A DNA stretch of 59,894 nt, taken from positions 39,962 through 99,855 of the forward strand of contig WTHI01000122.1 of NCBI GenBank assembly GCA_011523185.1, given 5' to 3'. Positions 1 through 9,464 of the stretch are shown here, piece after piece (positions within the stretch are counted from its first letter, which is position 1; each line of letters starts with the position of its first letter). Origin of the DNA: Methanobacteriota archaeon. GTDB lineage: Archaea > Thermoplasmatota > Poseidoniia > Poseidoniales > Thalassarchaeaceae. A program made the position numbers and the translations under genes. The notes under the pieces were generated by a model, which saw only the letters and a program-made list of their open reading frames with translations, did not search any database and had not been told where the DNA came from.

Positions 1-383
1 CTATCCATGCGGATAGAACCTCTATGTTTGATAAAAAAGCCAGTAAAATTTGTTCATCTACCTTATCAGAAACTCAAGAACACACTCCAAGTAGTCTAGT
101 AGTTGCGCAGTGTATTGGCCCTCAATTTGAATCGCCTTCTGAAATTGATGCACTTGTTCGTTTGGGTGCTGATGTAGTTGGGATGACCCTTGGCCCTGAG
201 TCACGTTTGATCGCTGAAACAGGAATCCCTCATGTGGCGATATCATGTTCATCAAATTGGGCGGCGGGAAGAACTCCCGGTGACCCTTCAGCAGAAATCG
301 ACCATCATGCAGTTGATGCTAAGGCAGCAACCCTACGTGCTCGTGTGAGAGATTGTATCGAAGCCTTGCAAGCTAATTATTGA
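1..383 (+). CDS. 5'-methylthioadenosine / purine nucleoside phosphorylase, C-terminal part (5' end lies outside the window)
   Basis: The reading frame is open to the window edge. The translation ...CIGPQFESPSEIDALVRLGADVVGMTLGPESRLIAETGIPHVAISCSSNW... matches the PNP/MTAP family core (GPxFE..E, GADxVGMT). Confidence 0.7.
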   Translation, partial: IHADRTSMFDKKASKICSSTLSETQEHTPSSLVVAQCIGPQFESPSEIDALVRLGADVVGMTLGPESRLIAETGIPHVAISCSSNWAAGRTPGDPSAEIDHHAVDAKAATLRARVRDCIEALQANY

Positions 384-392
384 GGGATAAAA

Positions 393-695
393 TTGCAAGG
401 CCAGAGATTGGGCTTAATCCTACTTTTAGTCTCTGTTTTCCTATTCATCGAAGCATTGGATAGAATGGATTGGTGGGATCAAAAAGACAAGGAGTATGAG
501 AGGGAATGTCTGCCAAATAACAACCCTCAACCCGATGCAGAATTATGTGCCGAACTTCAAAATGAAGCAAATTCAAGAATGAGAATATTTTCTGCCGTAT
601 TATTCTCGTCAATTATTCTATCTCTTGTTGGCTTATCGTATGTTCTTCCTGCGGGTTCTGATTATCCTAGAAATCCACCAGGTGGTAGATTCTAG
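393..695 (+). CDS. small hypothetical membrane protein (2 predicted TM segments)
   Basis: The ORF has a TTG start, hydrophobic N- and C-terminal segments, and no recognisable motif. Confidence 0.35.
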   Translation: MQGQRLGLILLLVSVFLFIEALDRMDWWDQKDKEYERECLPNNNPQPDAELCAELQNEANSRMRIFSAVLFSSIILSLVGLSYVLPAGSDYPRNPPGGRF

Positions 696-737
696 AACAT
701 TAGACAGTTTGATGGTTCTCCAATTACTGGGCGATGT

Positions 738-1127
738 ATGACCCGACTGTTGACTGTAGATGATTGGAAGGAAGTTGAATGGAATTCTAAGCCCGATGGC
801 TCTTGGGCTACCATGATGGCTAGGGTTGCCGCTTTCCATAGTAAACACGATTTCGCTAACCCTGAGAATAATGGACATGATATGGGGTATCGTGTGGCTC
901 TAACCGTTGAGGAATTAGGCGAGTTTGCAGCGGCGATAACTAAAGGAAAGCCAAAGGAAGAAGCATCTGAAGAATTAGCGGATTTGTTGATTTTGATACT
1001 TGGTCACTCTCTTGCAATGCACATTGATTTAGAATCCGAATTCCACAGCAAAATGGACAAAATAATGCAAAGAAAGGCCCGACGAGGTAATCTAGGCATT
1101 AGGGTTACGGAATACGAAGGGGAATGA
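738..1127 (+). CDS. MazG-like nucleotide pyrophosphohydrolase
   Basis: The EELGEFA...EEASEELADLLILILGHSLAMHIDL pattern is typical of the all-alpha MazG/dCTPase-type NTP pyrophosphatase fold. Confidence 0.6.
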   Translation: MTRLLTVDDWKEVEWNSKPDGSWATMMARVAAFHSKHDFANPENNGHDMGYRVALTVEELGEFAAAITKGKPKEEASEELADLLILILGHSLAMHIDLESEFHSKMDKIMQRKARRGNLGIRVTEYEGE

Positions 1128-1215
1128 ATTGTACCGAACCATAGAATTACTAAGCGTTTGTTATCGACACATTGAGAAGCAGATTAAGATTAACCTAGCA
1201 GTTTTGAAATATTGA

Positions 1216-1617
1216 TTAATACAAATTTTTTGTCGACATTTCAATTTCATATTCTGCAATCCAGAGGCTAATCCAAATCCCACCTAATTGCAATACAAGC
1301 CTCACCAGATTTCCAGTCTGAGATAATGACGCCCCATCTCCCAATTCGACAGAATTAACCCACATGTACAGATTTGCTGGGTATAGGCAAATCAACAAAG
1401 TAGCGCTCGCAAATCCTCCTATCCATCTAATCGAGGGGATAATCAGCATGACGCCAACTAAAATTTCAACTACACCACTAGCAATTACCCAAAATTCGGC
1501 TGAACCAAGGATTGGTGGCACAATTGGTTCGAACCATTCGGTATCCGTGAAATGCAATACTCCTACATAAACGAAGAATGAACCGCCTAAGATTGCGAAC
1601 AAGTCGCGAAAATTCAT
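1216..1617 (-). CDS. DoxX-like 4-TM membrane protein
   Basis: The hydrophobic 133-aa product resembles DoxX-like proteins. The start was trimmed to the internal ATG (MNFRDLF...), which lies immediately after the folA stop; the longer track ORF would overlap folA. Confidence 0.45.
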   Translation of the reverse strand: MNFRDLFAILGGSFFVYVGVLHFTDTEWFEPIVPPILGSAEFWVIASGVVEILVGVMLIIPSIRWIGGFASATLLICLYPANLYMWVNSVELGDGASLSQTGNLVRLVLQLGGIWISLWIAEYEIEMSTKNLY

Positions 1618-1618
1618 G

Positions 1619-2128
1619 TTATCGCCTAGTCCAGATGGAATATGTAGTGTCGTATTCGTTATTGGAGTCTGATTGCAATTTTTCGATAAGTTCCTCAGAC
1701 CATTCAGCACGATTCCATTCTGGGAATTTCACGTCGCCACTATTATTGGTTTGGACCGTTGTAAGATGAATTTCTTCTACACGATCAAGAAACATTTGGT
1801 AAATCTGAGCCCCTCCAATAATCCAGCATTCATCGCAACCATCTGCATAGGCGATTTCTATGGCTCGGCCGATGTATAGAGCGGTCTCTGCCCCATCTGC
1901 TTCCCATCCGGTGTCTCTTGACATTACGATGTTTAATCGCTCGGGTAATGGTCGATATGCTTCGGGAAGTGAATCCCAAGTTTTTCTCCCCATAATTACC
2001 GCGTTAAACCCATCTCCTTCAGTCAATTGTTTGAATCGAGCCATGTCCGAAGCTAAACGCCATGGAAGTCCCTCTCCCCTTCCAATACATCCCTCTTCAT
2101 CCATAGCAACAATCATCGACATACGCAT
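1619..2128 (-). CDS. folA: dihydrofolate reductase
   Basis: IVAMDEEGCIGRGEGLPWRL..D..RFKQLT....VIMGRKTWDSLP...RPLPERLNIVMSR is the classical DHFR signature. The gene lies directly downstream of thyA. Confidence 0.88.
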   Translation of the reverse strand: MRMSMIVAMDEEGCIGRGEGLPWRLASDMARFKQLTEGDGFNAVIMGRKTWDSLPEAYRPLPERLNIVMSRDTGWEADGAETALYIGRAIEIAYADGCDECWIIGGAQIYQMFLDRVEEIHLTTVQTNNSGDVKFPEWNRAEWSEELIEKLQSDSNNEYDTTYSIWTRR

Positions 2129-2137
2129 ATTATTACC

Positions 2138-2965
2138 TCAAACAGAAATTGGTGCCGAAATATGTGGGTGATGCTCATAATTCAGAATTTCAATACTCTC
2201 TGCAGTAAATTCATCTATTTCTGAGATGGTCTCATCTAACTTGAGTTTAGGCAATGGAAGTGGTTTCCTAGAAATTTGTTCCTGGGCTTGTTCTATGTGG
2301 TTTAGGTACAAATGACAATCCCCTCCAGTCCAGACAAATTCACCGGGTTTCAATCCGCATACCTGAGCCATCATACAGGTTAGTAGACTGTATGATGAAA
2401 TATTGAATGGGACTCCAAGAAAAGCATCGGCGCTTCTTTGGTATAATTGGCAGGACAATTTTCCTTCGTTGACATAGAATTGGAAAAAAGCATGGCAAGG
2501 CATTAACGCCATATCTTCCAATTCTCCAACATTCCAAGCCGAAACAATAATTCTTCGTGAATTTGGATTCTGTTTTATCATTTCAATGGCGTTTTCAATT
2601 TGGTCTACGACCCTGCCATCATTAGTCTCCCATTTTCTCCATTGTTTTCCATAAACAGGCCCAAGGTCACCATCTTCGTCGGCCCATTCGTTCCATATCC
2701 GGACGTTATTTTCCTGTAGATAGGCAACGTTAGTATCTCCAGATAAAAACCACAATAATTCATGGATTATACTAGGCCAATGAAGTTTTTTTGTGGTCAC
2801 GGCTGGAAAAGATTCGGATAAGTCAAATCGCATTTGGTGGCCGAAAACTGAAATTGTTCCGGTGCCTGTACGATCAGATTTCTCTATTCCTTCGTCAAGG
2901 ATTCGTTCGAGGAATGCTAGGTATTGCTCCATGTCAACTAAACCTACAGAACCGCCGAAGTCCAT
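2138..2965 (-). CDS. thyA: thymidylate synthase (ThyA type)
   Basis: [30 protein letters not shown], the catalytic PCH in [12 protein letters not shown], and [14 protein letters not shown] are all present. The true start may be the internal MEQY. Confidence 0.95.
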   Translation of the reverse strand: MDFGGSVGLVDMEQYLAFLERILDEGIEKSDRTGTGTISVFGHQMRFDLSESFPAVTTKKLHWPSIIHELLWFLSGDTNVAYLQENNVRIWNEWADEDGDLGPVYGKQWRKWETNDGRVVDQIENAIEMIKQNPNSRRIIVSAWNVGELEDMALMPCHAFFQFYVNEGKLSCQLYQRSADAFLGVPFNISSYSLLTCMMAQVCGLKPGEFVWTGGDCHLYLNHIEQAQEQISRKPLPLPKLKLDETISEIDEFTAESIEILNYEHHPHISAPISV

Positions 2966-3012
2966 GAAGGATGCGGATATCTTGACTCAAATTTTGGCCC
3001 CAAAAATTTGGA

Positions 3013-3789
3013 TTAGGGTGCCCCCAATACTCTCAAATTTTCAATTAATTGATCTGTGAATCTTCTGTAATGTGATTTCATTATCGACCTTTGGCCATGC
3101 TCGTCTAAATCAGCAATCTTGGAAATGTCTTCATCGGACATATTCCCTCCGGATTCATCCCCTAACCACTCTCCAAAGGTGATTGGGTTATCGACATTGA
3201 CTTGCACTTTCGCCAATGGATTGACCACAGCAGAACCTGGTGCCATGAATTTTCTTGCACCAATAATTGCCATTGGTACAACTGGTACTTCTGGAAACCT
3301 AGCAGCTAATCGAGCAACGCCAGTCTTACCTCTAGAAAGGTAAGGTGGTTTATCTGATCTGGAGCGAGTTCCTTCGGGGAATATACCCATGACATTCCCT
3401 CCCGAAAGAACGTCCACAGCACTTGCTAATGCTTCCACCCCCCCTGATTCTCGAAATGTTTCAATCTGTCCAGTGGAAGTCATCAGTTTCTGGAATTTTT
3501 TGTCTTCGAAATGTTCTGCTTTTGCAAGATAATGTACAGGTCTTTTAGCACCCATTATTTTGACAATTGGATCGATGTGCGATGTATGGTTACCAACTAG
3601 TATGGCGGGTCCATTTTTTGGGATTCTATTTACTCCATTGTAACTTACATTAGTTATCGTTCTAACTAATGATGGTGATAATTCAATCAAACCTTTGTAA
3701 AACATTGGAGTTGAATGGGATTCTCCCGTGCCCTCTAGCCCGGTCAATTTCGCCACCGTTTCCAAAGAATCAGCGGACAAGCCGGGCAT
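3013..3789 (-). CDS. 1-acyl-sn-glycerol-3-phosphate acyltransferase-like (LPLAT/PlsC family)
   Basis: The acyltransferase blocks NHTSHIDP (HX4D), FPEGTRS and VPVVPMAI are present in canonical order. Confidence 0.8.
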   Translation of the reverse strand: MPGLSADSLETVAKLTGLEGTGESHSTPMFYKGLIELSPSLVRTITNVSYNGVNRIPKNGPAILVGNHTSHIDPIVKIMGAKRPVHYLAKAEHFEDKKFQKLMTSTGQIETFRESGGVEALASAVDVLSGGNVMGIFPEGTRSRSDKPPYLSRGKTGVARLAARFPEVPVVPMAIIGARKFMAPGSAVVNPLAKVQVNVDNPITFGEWLGDESGGNMSDEDISKIADLDEHGQRSIMKSHYRRFTDQLIENLRVLGAP

Positions 3790-3869
3790 CGTTCCTCCGA
3801 CTACTGCTCTGCATTATTGCTTTGCGTAAGTGCGATGACTTCTTCTGATACATACTACCCCCCGCTATT

Positions 3870-4970
3870 GTGGGCATACCTAGAGTACTCTGTCTAGCTA
3901 TGTGTTGCATAATTTTGCTACCAATGACTGCACCCGCAGTTGTTGCTGAATGGGAAGATGATAATTGGCTCAGAAATATCATTGGTCCAGAAAGGCTTGA
4001 ACTCGGAGATGAATTTGGCTGTCATGGGTTTGAAGGAGTAGATGTTAGAGAGGAGTCTTGGGTCATTGAAGAGTGTAGAGATTACCTAAATCGATTCACC
4101 GACGCATCACGTTGGGGCTCTCAACCGATTTCCTTCGGCCATCCAAACGGTGCAGTGACTGAAGAAATCGCTAGTGCAATTTCTGGGGCTGGTTTTTCAA
4201 TTATTGGCGATAGAATTGAAGGCGATGGTCATGGACTAAATGTTGTAGAACGATTAACCAGTCTTGAAAAAGGCCAAGCTAATTTGTCGGCCTTAGAAAA
4301 CGCTGAACGAGATAGCCTAGTCAGCATTTATTGGATTGCTAGATGGCACGATATCAATATCAGAGAGGATAAAGATGCTATTTCCTTGCTCAAATCTCAA
4401 GAGGTTTGGTTTACCACTTGGGGGGAGTGGCATGGGCACAAAATATCTGGAGAGTCATATGACAGAATTTTGACCTCAGATCCACAAGTAAAGACATACA
4501 GAATTTCCACATTGTCCGATTCTTTTTGGGCAGTCCCGGGTACGGCCTTATTCGAATGGTCAGAACCTCCCACAAGTATACAATTTGATGGCGAAGAGGC
4601 GTTAGTTATACCTGCGGCTCAAAAGCATCTGATAACAGGTATACGGCCAGTAGATGGAGGTGCATATGTTACAGCAGAACCAGGAGTTGTTGTCGAATTC
4701 TTCTTTGAATCCGAAGAAGTTTCAATTTCGCATACTCCGCAGGTCACTTTCAATGGATTACACCATTCTGTAAGTATAGTCGGCCACCACGTAACAAACC
4801 TACACGATTGGACTTCTGATTTTCATAATTCACCACTTCGATTCACTTGGTTAATAGAGAGGCCTGCAGCATTGCAAATGGATTGGAGGCTACCCGTGTT
4901 GGCTATCGGGATATTAATCGCCACTCCAATCGCTGTAAAATTTGTAATTTCAAGGGATGTTCATAATTGA
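3870..4970 (+). CDS. secreted hypothetical protein with C-terminal TM anchor
   Basis: There is an N-terminal hydrophobic signal-like segment and a C-terminal TM (LPVLAIGILIATPIAV). The start is ambiguous (GTG at 3870 or ATG at 3900). Confidence 0.45.
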   Translation: MGIPRVLCLAMCCIILLPMTAPAVVAEWEDDNWLRNIIGPERLELGDEFGCHGFEGVDVREESWVIEECRDYLNRFTDASRWGSQPISFGHPNGAVTEEIASAISGAGFSIIGDRIEGDGHGLNVVERLTSLEKGQANLSALENAERDSLVSIYWIARWHDINIREDKDAISLLKSQEVWFTTWGEWHGHKISGESYDRILTSDPQVKTYRISTLSDSFWAVPGTALFEWSEPPTSIQFDGEEALVIPAAQKHLITGIRPVDGGAYVTAEPGVVVEFFFESEEVSISHTPQVTFNGLHHSVSIVGHHVTNLHDWTSDFHNSPLRFTWLIERPAALQMDWRLPVLAIGILIATPIAVKFVISRDVHN

Positions 4971-4985
4971 CAATTGTCTAATTAA

Positions 4986-6041
4986 TTAAGCAATTTCCGG
5001 GCCATCTATACGTATATTATTCAATTTCATAGTCTGGATAATTTTCGCAATGATATCGTTACCCAATGATTCTGGTGCATGTACCCCTACCGGTAACATA
5101 TCCGGGTCTTCCAACCAAGCTTCTACACAACATGCTGTCACCATTCCGGTCGCTCGGGCCATGGAATGACCATCATCTCCTCCATGGTCCTCAACTTCCC
5201 ACTCCAAAACCTCTCCATTCCTTGACTCGGTTCTAACCTTCATCCAAGTAAATTCAGGAATTTTATGATCATAACTCCATTCCCAAATTAATTCCTCTTC
5301 ATTCAGTCCCCCTGATTCTTTTTCGTCTATAAATTTCTGGATATGGCCGGGCCATCGAACAGTAAATTCGGACATTTCTACTGCTGGAATTGATTTCAGA
5401 ACAGAACGTAATCCATCCGTAAGAAAGGCCTCCATTTCGCCATGTTCTCCAGTATCGACCATATGGCGTTGAGTTAAGGCAGGAAGAGTAACCTCTTCTC
5501 CCTGACGAATTACCCTCGCGGGTCTAGTATATTCTGCGATTACATCAATAGGGGAAAATGGAGCCATATACTTCCATTCACCATATGGTCCGGTAGGGTT
5601 GCCACCTACCCAAATTTCAGCTTTCTCCAAAGGTCCAAATTTTCTATCTGCATAGGCTAGCAACATATTGGATAAACCAGGTGCTATACCTACATCCCAA
5701 AGGATTCTGGCACCGTAATCTTGGGCCTTTTGATTATCCCTATCCGGTGTATGTTTGCTGAAACTTAAATCTACCACGCGATATCGACTTTCAGCGAGAT
5801 TGGTTGTTGCCATATGTCCTATATCGCCCGGTAGCATATTCACAACTATGTCAACTTGGCCATTCCTGCTCATTGACATCAAATTGTCCAATACGTCTCC
5901 TGTATGCACAGTAATGCCATCAACCCCCATGACTCTATGTGGTTGAATATCATAGGCGTGAACCTCATGTCCAAGTGTTGCTAGACGTTTTGCAACCCAC
6001 GCACCGACTAATCCTGTTCCCAAACAATGCACGACGGCCAT
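4986..6041 (-). CDS. saccharopine dehydrogenase-family NAD(P) oxidoreductase
   Basis: There is an N-terminal Rossmann motif (CLGTGLVGAWVAKRL). The GIAPGLSNML and TVRWPGH segments are typical of the Sacchrp_dh N and C domains. Confidence 0.7.
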   Translation of the reverse strand: MAVVHCLGTGLVGAWVAKRLATLGHEVHAYDIQPHRVMGVDGITVHTGDVLDNLMSMSRNGQVDIVVNMLPGDIGHMATTNLAESRYRVVDLSFSKHTPDRDNQKAQDYGARILWDVGIAPGLSNMLLAYADRKFGPLEKAEIWVGGNPTGPYGEWKYMAPFSPIDVIAEYTRPARVIRQGEEVTLPALTQRHMVDTGEHGEMEAFLTDGLRSVLKSIPAVEMSEFTVRWPGHIQKFIDEKESGGLNEEELIWEWSYDHKIPEFTWMKVRTESRNGEVLEWEVEDHGGDDGHSMARATGMVTACCVEAWLEDPDMLPVGVHAPESLGNDIIAKIIQTMKLNNIRIDGPEIA

Positions 6042-6134
6042 AATTACCCCAGGCCGGTTTAGTTCTTGACTGATTGCAGTTGAGTGTTTGTTCCATTATT
6101 GGGGCGATTAGTTGATTGAGGAGTGTATTCTCGT

Positions 6135-7523
6135 ATGGGTGTGGGAAACGCCGGTCGCATCGATCCTTGGTCCTCGGAGCAATCTACAGATTATGCTCGG
6201 ATACGTGACCAATTCGGCTTAGAGAGTCTAGATCTAACTCAAGTTCCTAATCCAAGTATGCTACATCGTAGGGGGATTATTTTCGCACATAGAGATCTCG
6301 ATGTTGTCACTGGATGCATGGAGCGCTCGGACCCGTTTGGTGTATTGACAGGTCTCATGCCCAGCGGGAGGATGCACCTAGGTCATTCAATGGTTATCGA
6401 GCAAGTGAGATGGTTTCAGGAACAAGGTGCTGATATCACTGTAACAGTAGCCGACCTTGAAGCGTTAGCTACTAGAGGAACCAGCCTTGAAGAAGGCAGA
6501 AAAACCGCTCTAAAGGAATATGTCCACAATTACGCTGCGCTCGGTCTTGACCCAAAAACTACCAATGTGTATTTTCAAAGTGGTAGACCCGAAGTTCAGA
6601 GACTTGCATTTTCTTTGGGGCGAAGAACAAATCTTTCTGAATTTGAAGCGATTTATGGCTTCAAAGGTGACACTAATCTAGCACATGTGCAAGCACCTTT
6701 GGTTCAGGTTGGAGATATTATTCACCCGCAATTGGAAGAATTTGGTGGATTACGACCTATCGTAGTTCCAGTTGGAGTTGACCAAGACCCTCATTTACGA
6801 CTGACTAGAGGTATTGCAGGCAAAACCCATTGGTTTAACGTTAAACCAAGAAAAGCCGGAGGTTTGACGGTTTCTCTATCAGTTCAGGATAGTAACTCAG
6901 AAGCCTTCGGAGTATCGCCAAATGGTAGAGTGGATAGACAGGTAAGGGAGTCAATTTTTGAGAGACTAAAGGGGTCATTAGCCCCAATGGGTTACTCTGA
7001 TTTAATTTCAAATCCAAAACATGGGACATTAGACATTCCTGGCGCAAATACCTCCGATGTAGCTCAAGTCCGAATGTGTGTACTTCGACTCGAACGTGAG
7101 ATGGGTGGGATGGGGCTAATGCCTCCAAGCTCTACCTACCACCGGTTTGCAATAGGGCTGACTGGAGATAAGATGTCATCCTCTAAGCCACAAACTACAA
7201 TTTTCATGGATGATACTCACGATGAGATGAGTAAGAAGGTAAAGCGGGCATTTAGTGGGGGTCAACCAACTGTAGAGGAACATAGAAGACTCGGTGGCGA
7301 TTGTTCCAAGGATGTTGCATTCCAATATTTACAGTTCTTCTTTGAACAGGACGACTCTGAATTAACAAGGATTGCCAGAGAATACGAATCTGGAAAACTA
7401 TTGGCTGGAGAAATGAAGCAGATTTGTATCGATAGAGCAAGCGAATGGCTTTCTGAATTAGCCGATAAGAGAGATATGTGGGAAGGGCGCCTTGAGGAAT
7501 TCCTAGCGCCTGACGCGAAATAA
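6135..7523 (+). CDS. trpS: tryptophanyl-tRNA synthetase (archaeal/eukaryotic type) with an internal insertion
   Basis: DPWSS..DY..I...FG N-terminus, the HIGH-type motif MHLGH, DQDPHLRLTR, and the KMSKS-type motif KMSSSKP are present. The start was set at the first ATG (the track ORF begins at an upstream GTG). Confidence 0.85.
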   Translation: MGVGNAGRIDPWSSEQSTDYARIRDQFGLESLDLTQVPNPSMLHRRGIIFAHRDLDVVTGCMERSDPFGVLTGLMPSGRMHLGHSMVIEQVRWFQEQGADITVTVADLEALATRGTSLEEGRKTALKEYVHNYAALGLDPKTTNVYFQSGRPEVQRLAFSLGRRTNLSEFEAIYGFKGDTNLAHVQAPLVQVGDIIHPQLEEFGGLRPIVVPVGVDQDPHLRLTRGIAGKTHWFNVKPRKAGGLTVSLSVQDSNSEAFGVSPNGRVDRQVRESIFERLKGSLAPMGYSDLISNPKHGTLDIPGANTSDVAQVRMCVLRLEREMGGMGLMPPSSTYHRFAIGLTGDKMSSSKPQTTIFMDDTHDEMSKKVKRAFSGGQPTVEEHRRLGGDCSKDVAFQYLQFFFEQDDSELTRIAREYESGKLLAGEMKQICIDRASEWLSELADKRDMWEGRLEEFLAPDAK

Positions 7524-7527
7524 GGGG

Positions 7528-8139
7528 CTATTCTTCAAAGTCGCTTGAATCGAAAATGGGTATCTGAGGGCCTGTTGCTAAGGCTGCGATTTCCTCTTCG
7601 GACAACTCTGTTGATGTAGCCGATTCATGCAAGATTTGAGAATGACCATTCGGATCTAATAACAATAATTCAACAGGCTCTTCCCCCTTCTTGACTCTTG
7701 ATATTCTATCAATTAATTCTTGACAGGATTCAACTTTTTCTTTTCCTTCTTCACCATCTCGTATTGCACCACGTTGTATCATTGAGATAGCATCGGAAAA
7801 TCGATTTAGCACTCCTTCTACATTGGAAATATACCCTGTTGCATTGTCACCGGGTTCTACTTCCAAGCCCAATTCGACAATTCTCACTGTGCATGATGAA
7901 GATCTAACCACTCTGGTAGTCATTAAATCTGAATTGTCGATAACCAGTGACCAGACACTTGGCTTCTTTCCTTCCGAGGGTATAAAATCGGTGTGCCTCC
8001 AACCGCACTCATTGCAAATGATTGTCATCTCTGTGTGTTCGCCAAAGTATGGTATTTCTGAGGTGTGAACGTTTAGAATTAATCCATTCTGTGAATTACA
8101 AATTGGACAAGGATATTCAAGAGAGCTTTCCAAATTCAC
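7528..8139 (-). CDS. ZPR1-type zinc-finger protein
   Basis: CPICNS...(27 aa)...CNECGW forms a four-Cys zinc ribbon followed by the ZPR1-like beta domain. Confidence 0.65.
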   Translation of the reverse strand: MNLESSLEYPCPICNSQNGLILNVHTSEIPYFGEHTEMTIICNECGWRHTDFIPSEGKKPSVWSLVIDNSDLMTTRVVRSSSCTVRIVELGLEVEPGDNATGYISNVEGVLNRFSDAISMIQRGAIRDGEEGKEKVESCQELIDRISRVKKGEEPVELLLLDPNGHSQILHESATSTELSEEEIAALATGPQIPIFDSSDFEE

Positions 8140-8142
8140 ACC

Positions 8143-8550
8143 TCAGTAAGCAGTATTTTGCTCCTCGGATATAGCAAATGTTGATGGCAAGAGTAACAAT
8201 CTTGAGGTGCCCAATCTAATCACTTCTCCCGATAAGTCGGTTTCTACGAAAGATTGAATTCTATCTACTGCAATTCTTAATTCGGTTTCAACTGTGATTA
8301 AGCGCGACATTTCTAAAATTACGATATCACCATCTGATAACCAATCTAGTAGCTTAGGGATTCCTGTAATATCATCTAAAATTGCCCTGTGGACAATAAC
8401 ATCGCCCATTCCTCTAGCCACTGGCGCATCTGCGTATAGCTCACCCAAGTCATGGTAATCTTGACCTGGGTCTAATGAAAAGTCGCGAGACTGAGAAGGT
8501 AAACTAGGCATCTCGATCCATTTGGGTTCGGACCTAGTAGGCTTCGCCAT
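8143..8550 (-). CDS. sepF: SepF-like cell-division protein (DUF552)
   Basis: The C-terminal pattern L..GDIVILEMSRL....E..IAVDRI......L.GEVIRLG..R.LLLP resembles the SepF core. This is a by-eye match only. Confidence 0.5.
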   Translation of the reverse strand: MAKPTRSEPKWIEMPSLPSQSRDFSLDPGQDYHDLGELYADAPVARGMGDVIVHRAILDDITGIPKLLDWLSDGDIVILEMSRLITVETELRIAVDRIQSFVETDLSGEVIRLGTSRLLLLPSTFAISEEQNTAY

Positions 8551-8755
8551 AATTCATTCCGGAGTGGTAGGCTCTTTGAGTAATACGGTTAATGTTGGAT
8601 GGAAATGCCCAATTAATCACCTATGTTCAAAGAGACATTTTGGCTCGAAGCCTAATTACAAGTTTGAGCACATTCCCTCACTAACACCCCGTCGGATTGA
8701 TAAGGGGCCGGATTTGAGTGCAATCCGCAGGGAACTCTCCGTGCGGTGAAATCAG

Positions 8756-9382
8756 ATGAATGCAGAAGCAGACGCCGTCAAGACCGGAACCAGCACTGTT
8801 GGCATAACATTCGACGGAGGTGTTGTAGTCGGAGCAGACCATAGAGCAACTATGGGGCACTTTATTGCAAACAAGAGCGTCAAGAAGTTGTTCAAAATTT
8901 CAAACAACGTCGCCCTCACCACTGCAGGCCTTGTAGGACATGCCCAATCACTTTCACGAACCCTAGCAGCAGAATTGAGGCTATACGAACTGAAGCGTAA
9001 CGCTCCAATGACTGTCCGAGGTGCTGCTACATTAACCGCAAACATACTAGTGGGTAGGCCACACTATGTTCAACTATTGATTGTTGGAACCGATGAAGAT
9101 GGTCCGAGTGTGTATTCGATAGACTCAGCAGGTGGCTCAATTCCAGACGTCTACTGCGCCACCGGTTCAGGAAGTCCATTCATGTACGGTGTCCTAGAAG
9201 ACCAGTACAAGGATGGTATGAATCAGAATCAAGCACTAAAGGTAGCCGCAAAGGCACTCCTGGCATCGGCACAAAGAGATGCAGCAAGCGGAAATGGCAT
9301 GGATCTTGCAGTAATTACAAAAGATGCAGGCTACCAACAGCTAACAGAGAAAGAGGTCTCAGACCTACTTTCCAAATTGTAA
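8756..9382 (+). CDS. psmB: proteasome beta subunit
   Basis: A short propeptide is followed by TGTSTVGITFDGGVVVGADHRATMG, which is the Ntn Thr active-site context. Confidence 0.95.
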   Translation: MNAEADAVKTGTSTVGITFDGGVVVGADHRATMGHFIANKSVKKLFKISNNVALTTAGLVGHAQSLSRTLAAELRLYELKRNAPMTVRGAATLTANILVGRPHYVQLLIVGTDEDGPSVYSIDSAGGSIPDVYCATGSGSPFMYGVLEDQYKDGMNQNQALKVAAKALLASAQRDAASGNGMDLAVITKDAGYQQLTEKEVSDLLSKL

Positions 9383-9408
9383 ACAATCTCCACGGCATTA
9401 AGCCTTAC

Positions 9409-9428
9409 AACCTCATTTCGAGGTTTTT
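9409..9428 (+). terminator. hairpin plus T5 run downstream of psmB
   Basis: AACCTC-ATTTC-GAGGTT is followed by a T run (TTTTT) 27 nt after the psmB stop. Confidence 0.4.
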
Positions 9429-9464
9429 GGTAGAGGGTGGAGTTCCTCAATTGAGGTGTGAATA

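Noticed and set aside
1618-1710. N-terminal 31 codons of the 164-aa DoxX-like ORF
   Set aside because: They would overlap the folA 3' end. The internal ATG directly after the folA stop gives a compact operon structure.
8687-8750. Possible small structured RNA or tRNA-like element in the psmB leader (hairpins CCCC/GGGG, CGGATT/AATCCG, CCGCA/TGCGG)
   Set aside because: The stems are short and partly mutually exclusive. There is no cloverleaf and the 7-nt loop lacks U33. The sequence is most likely ordinary 5'-UTR or promoter.
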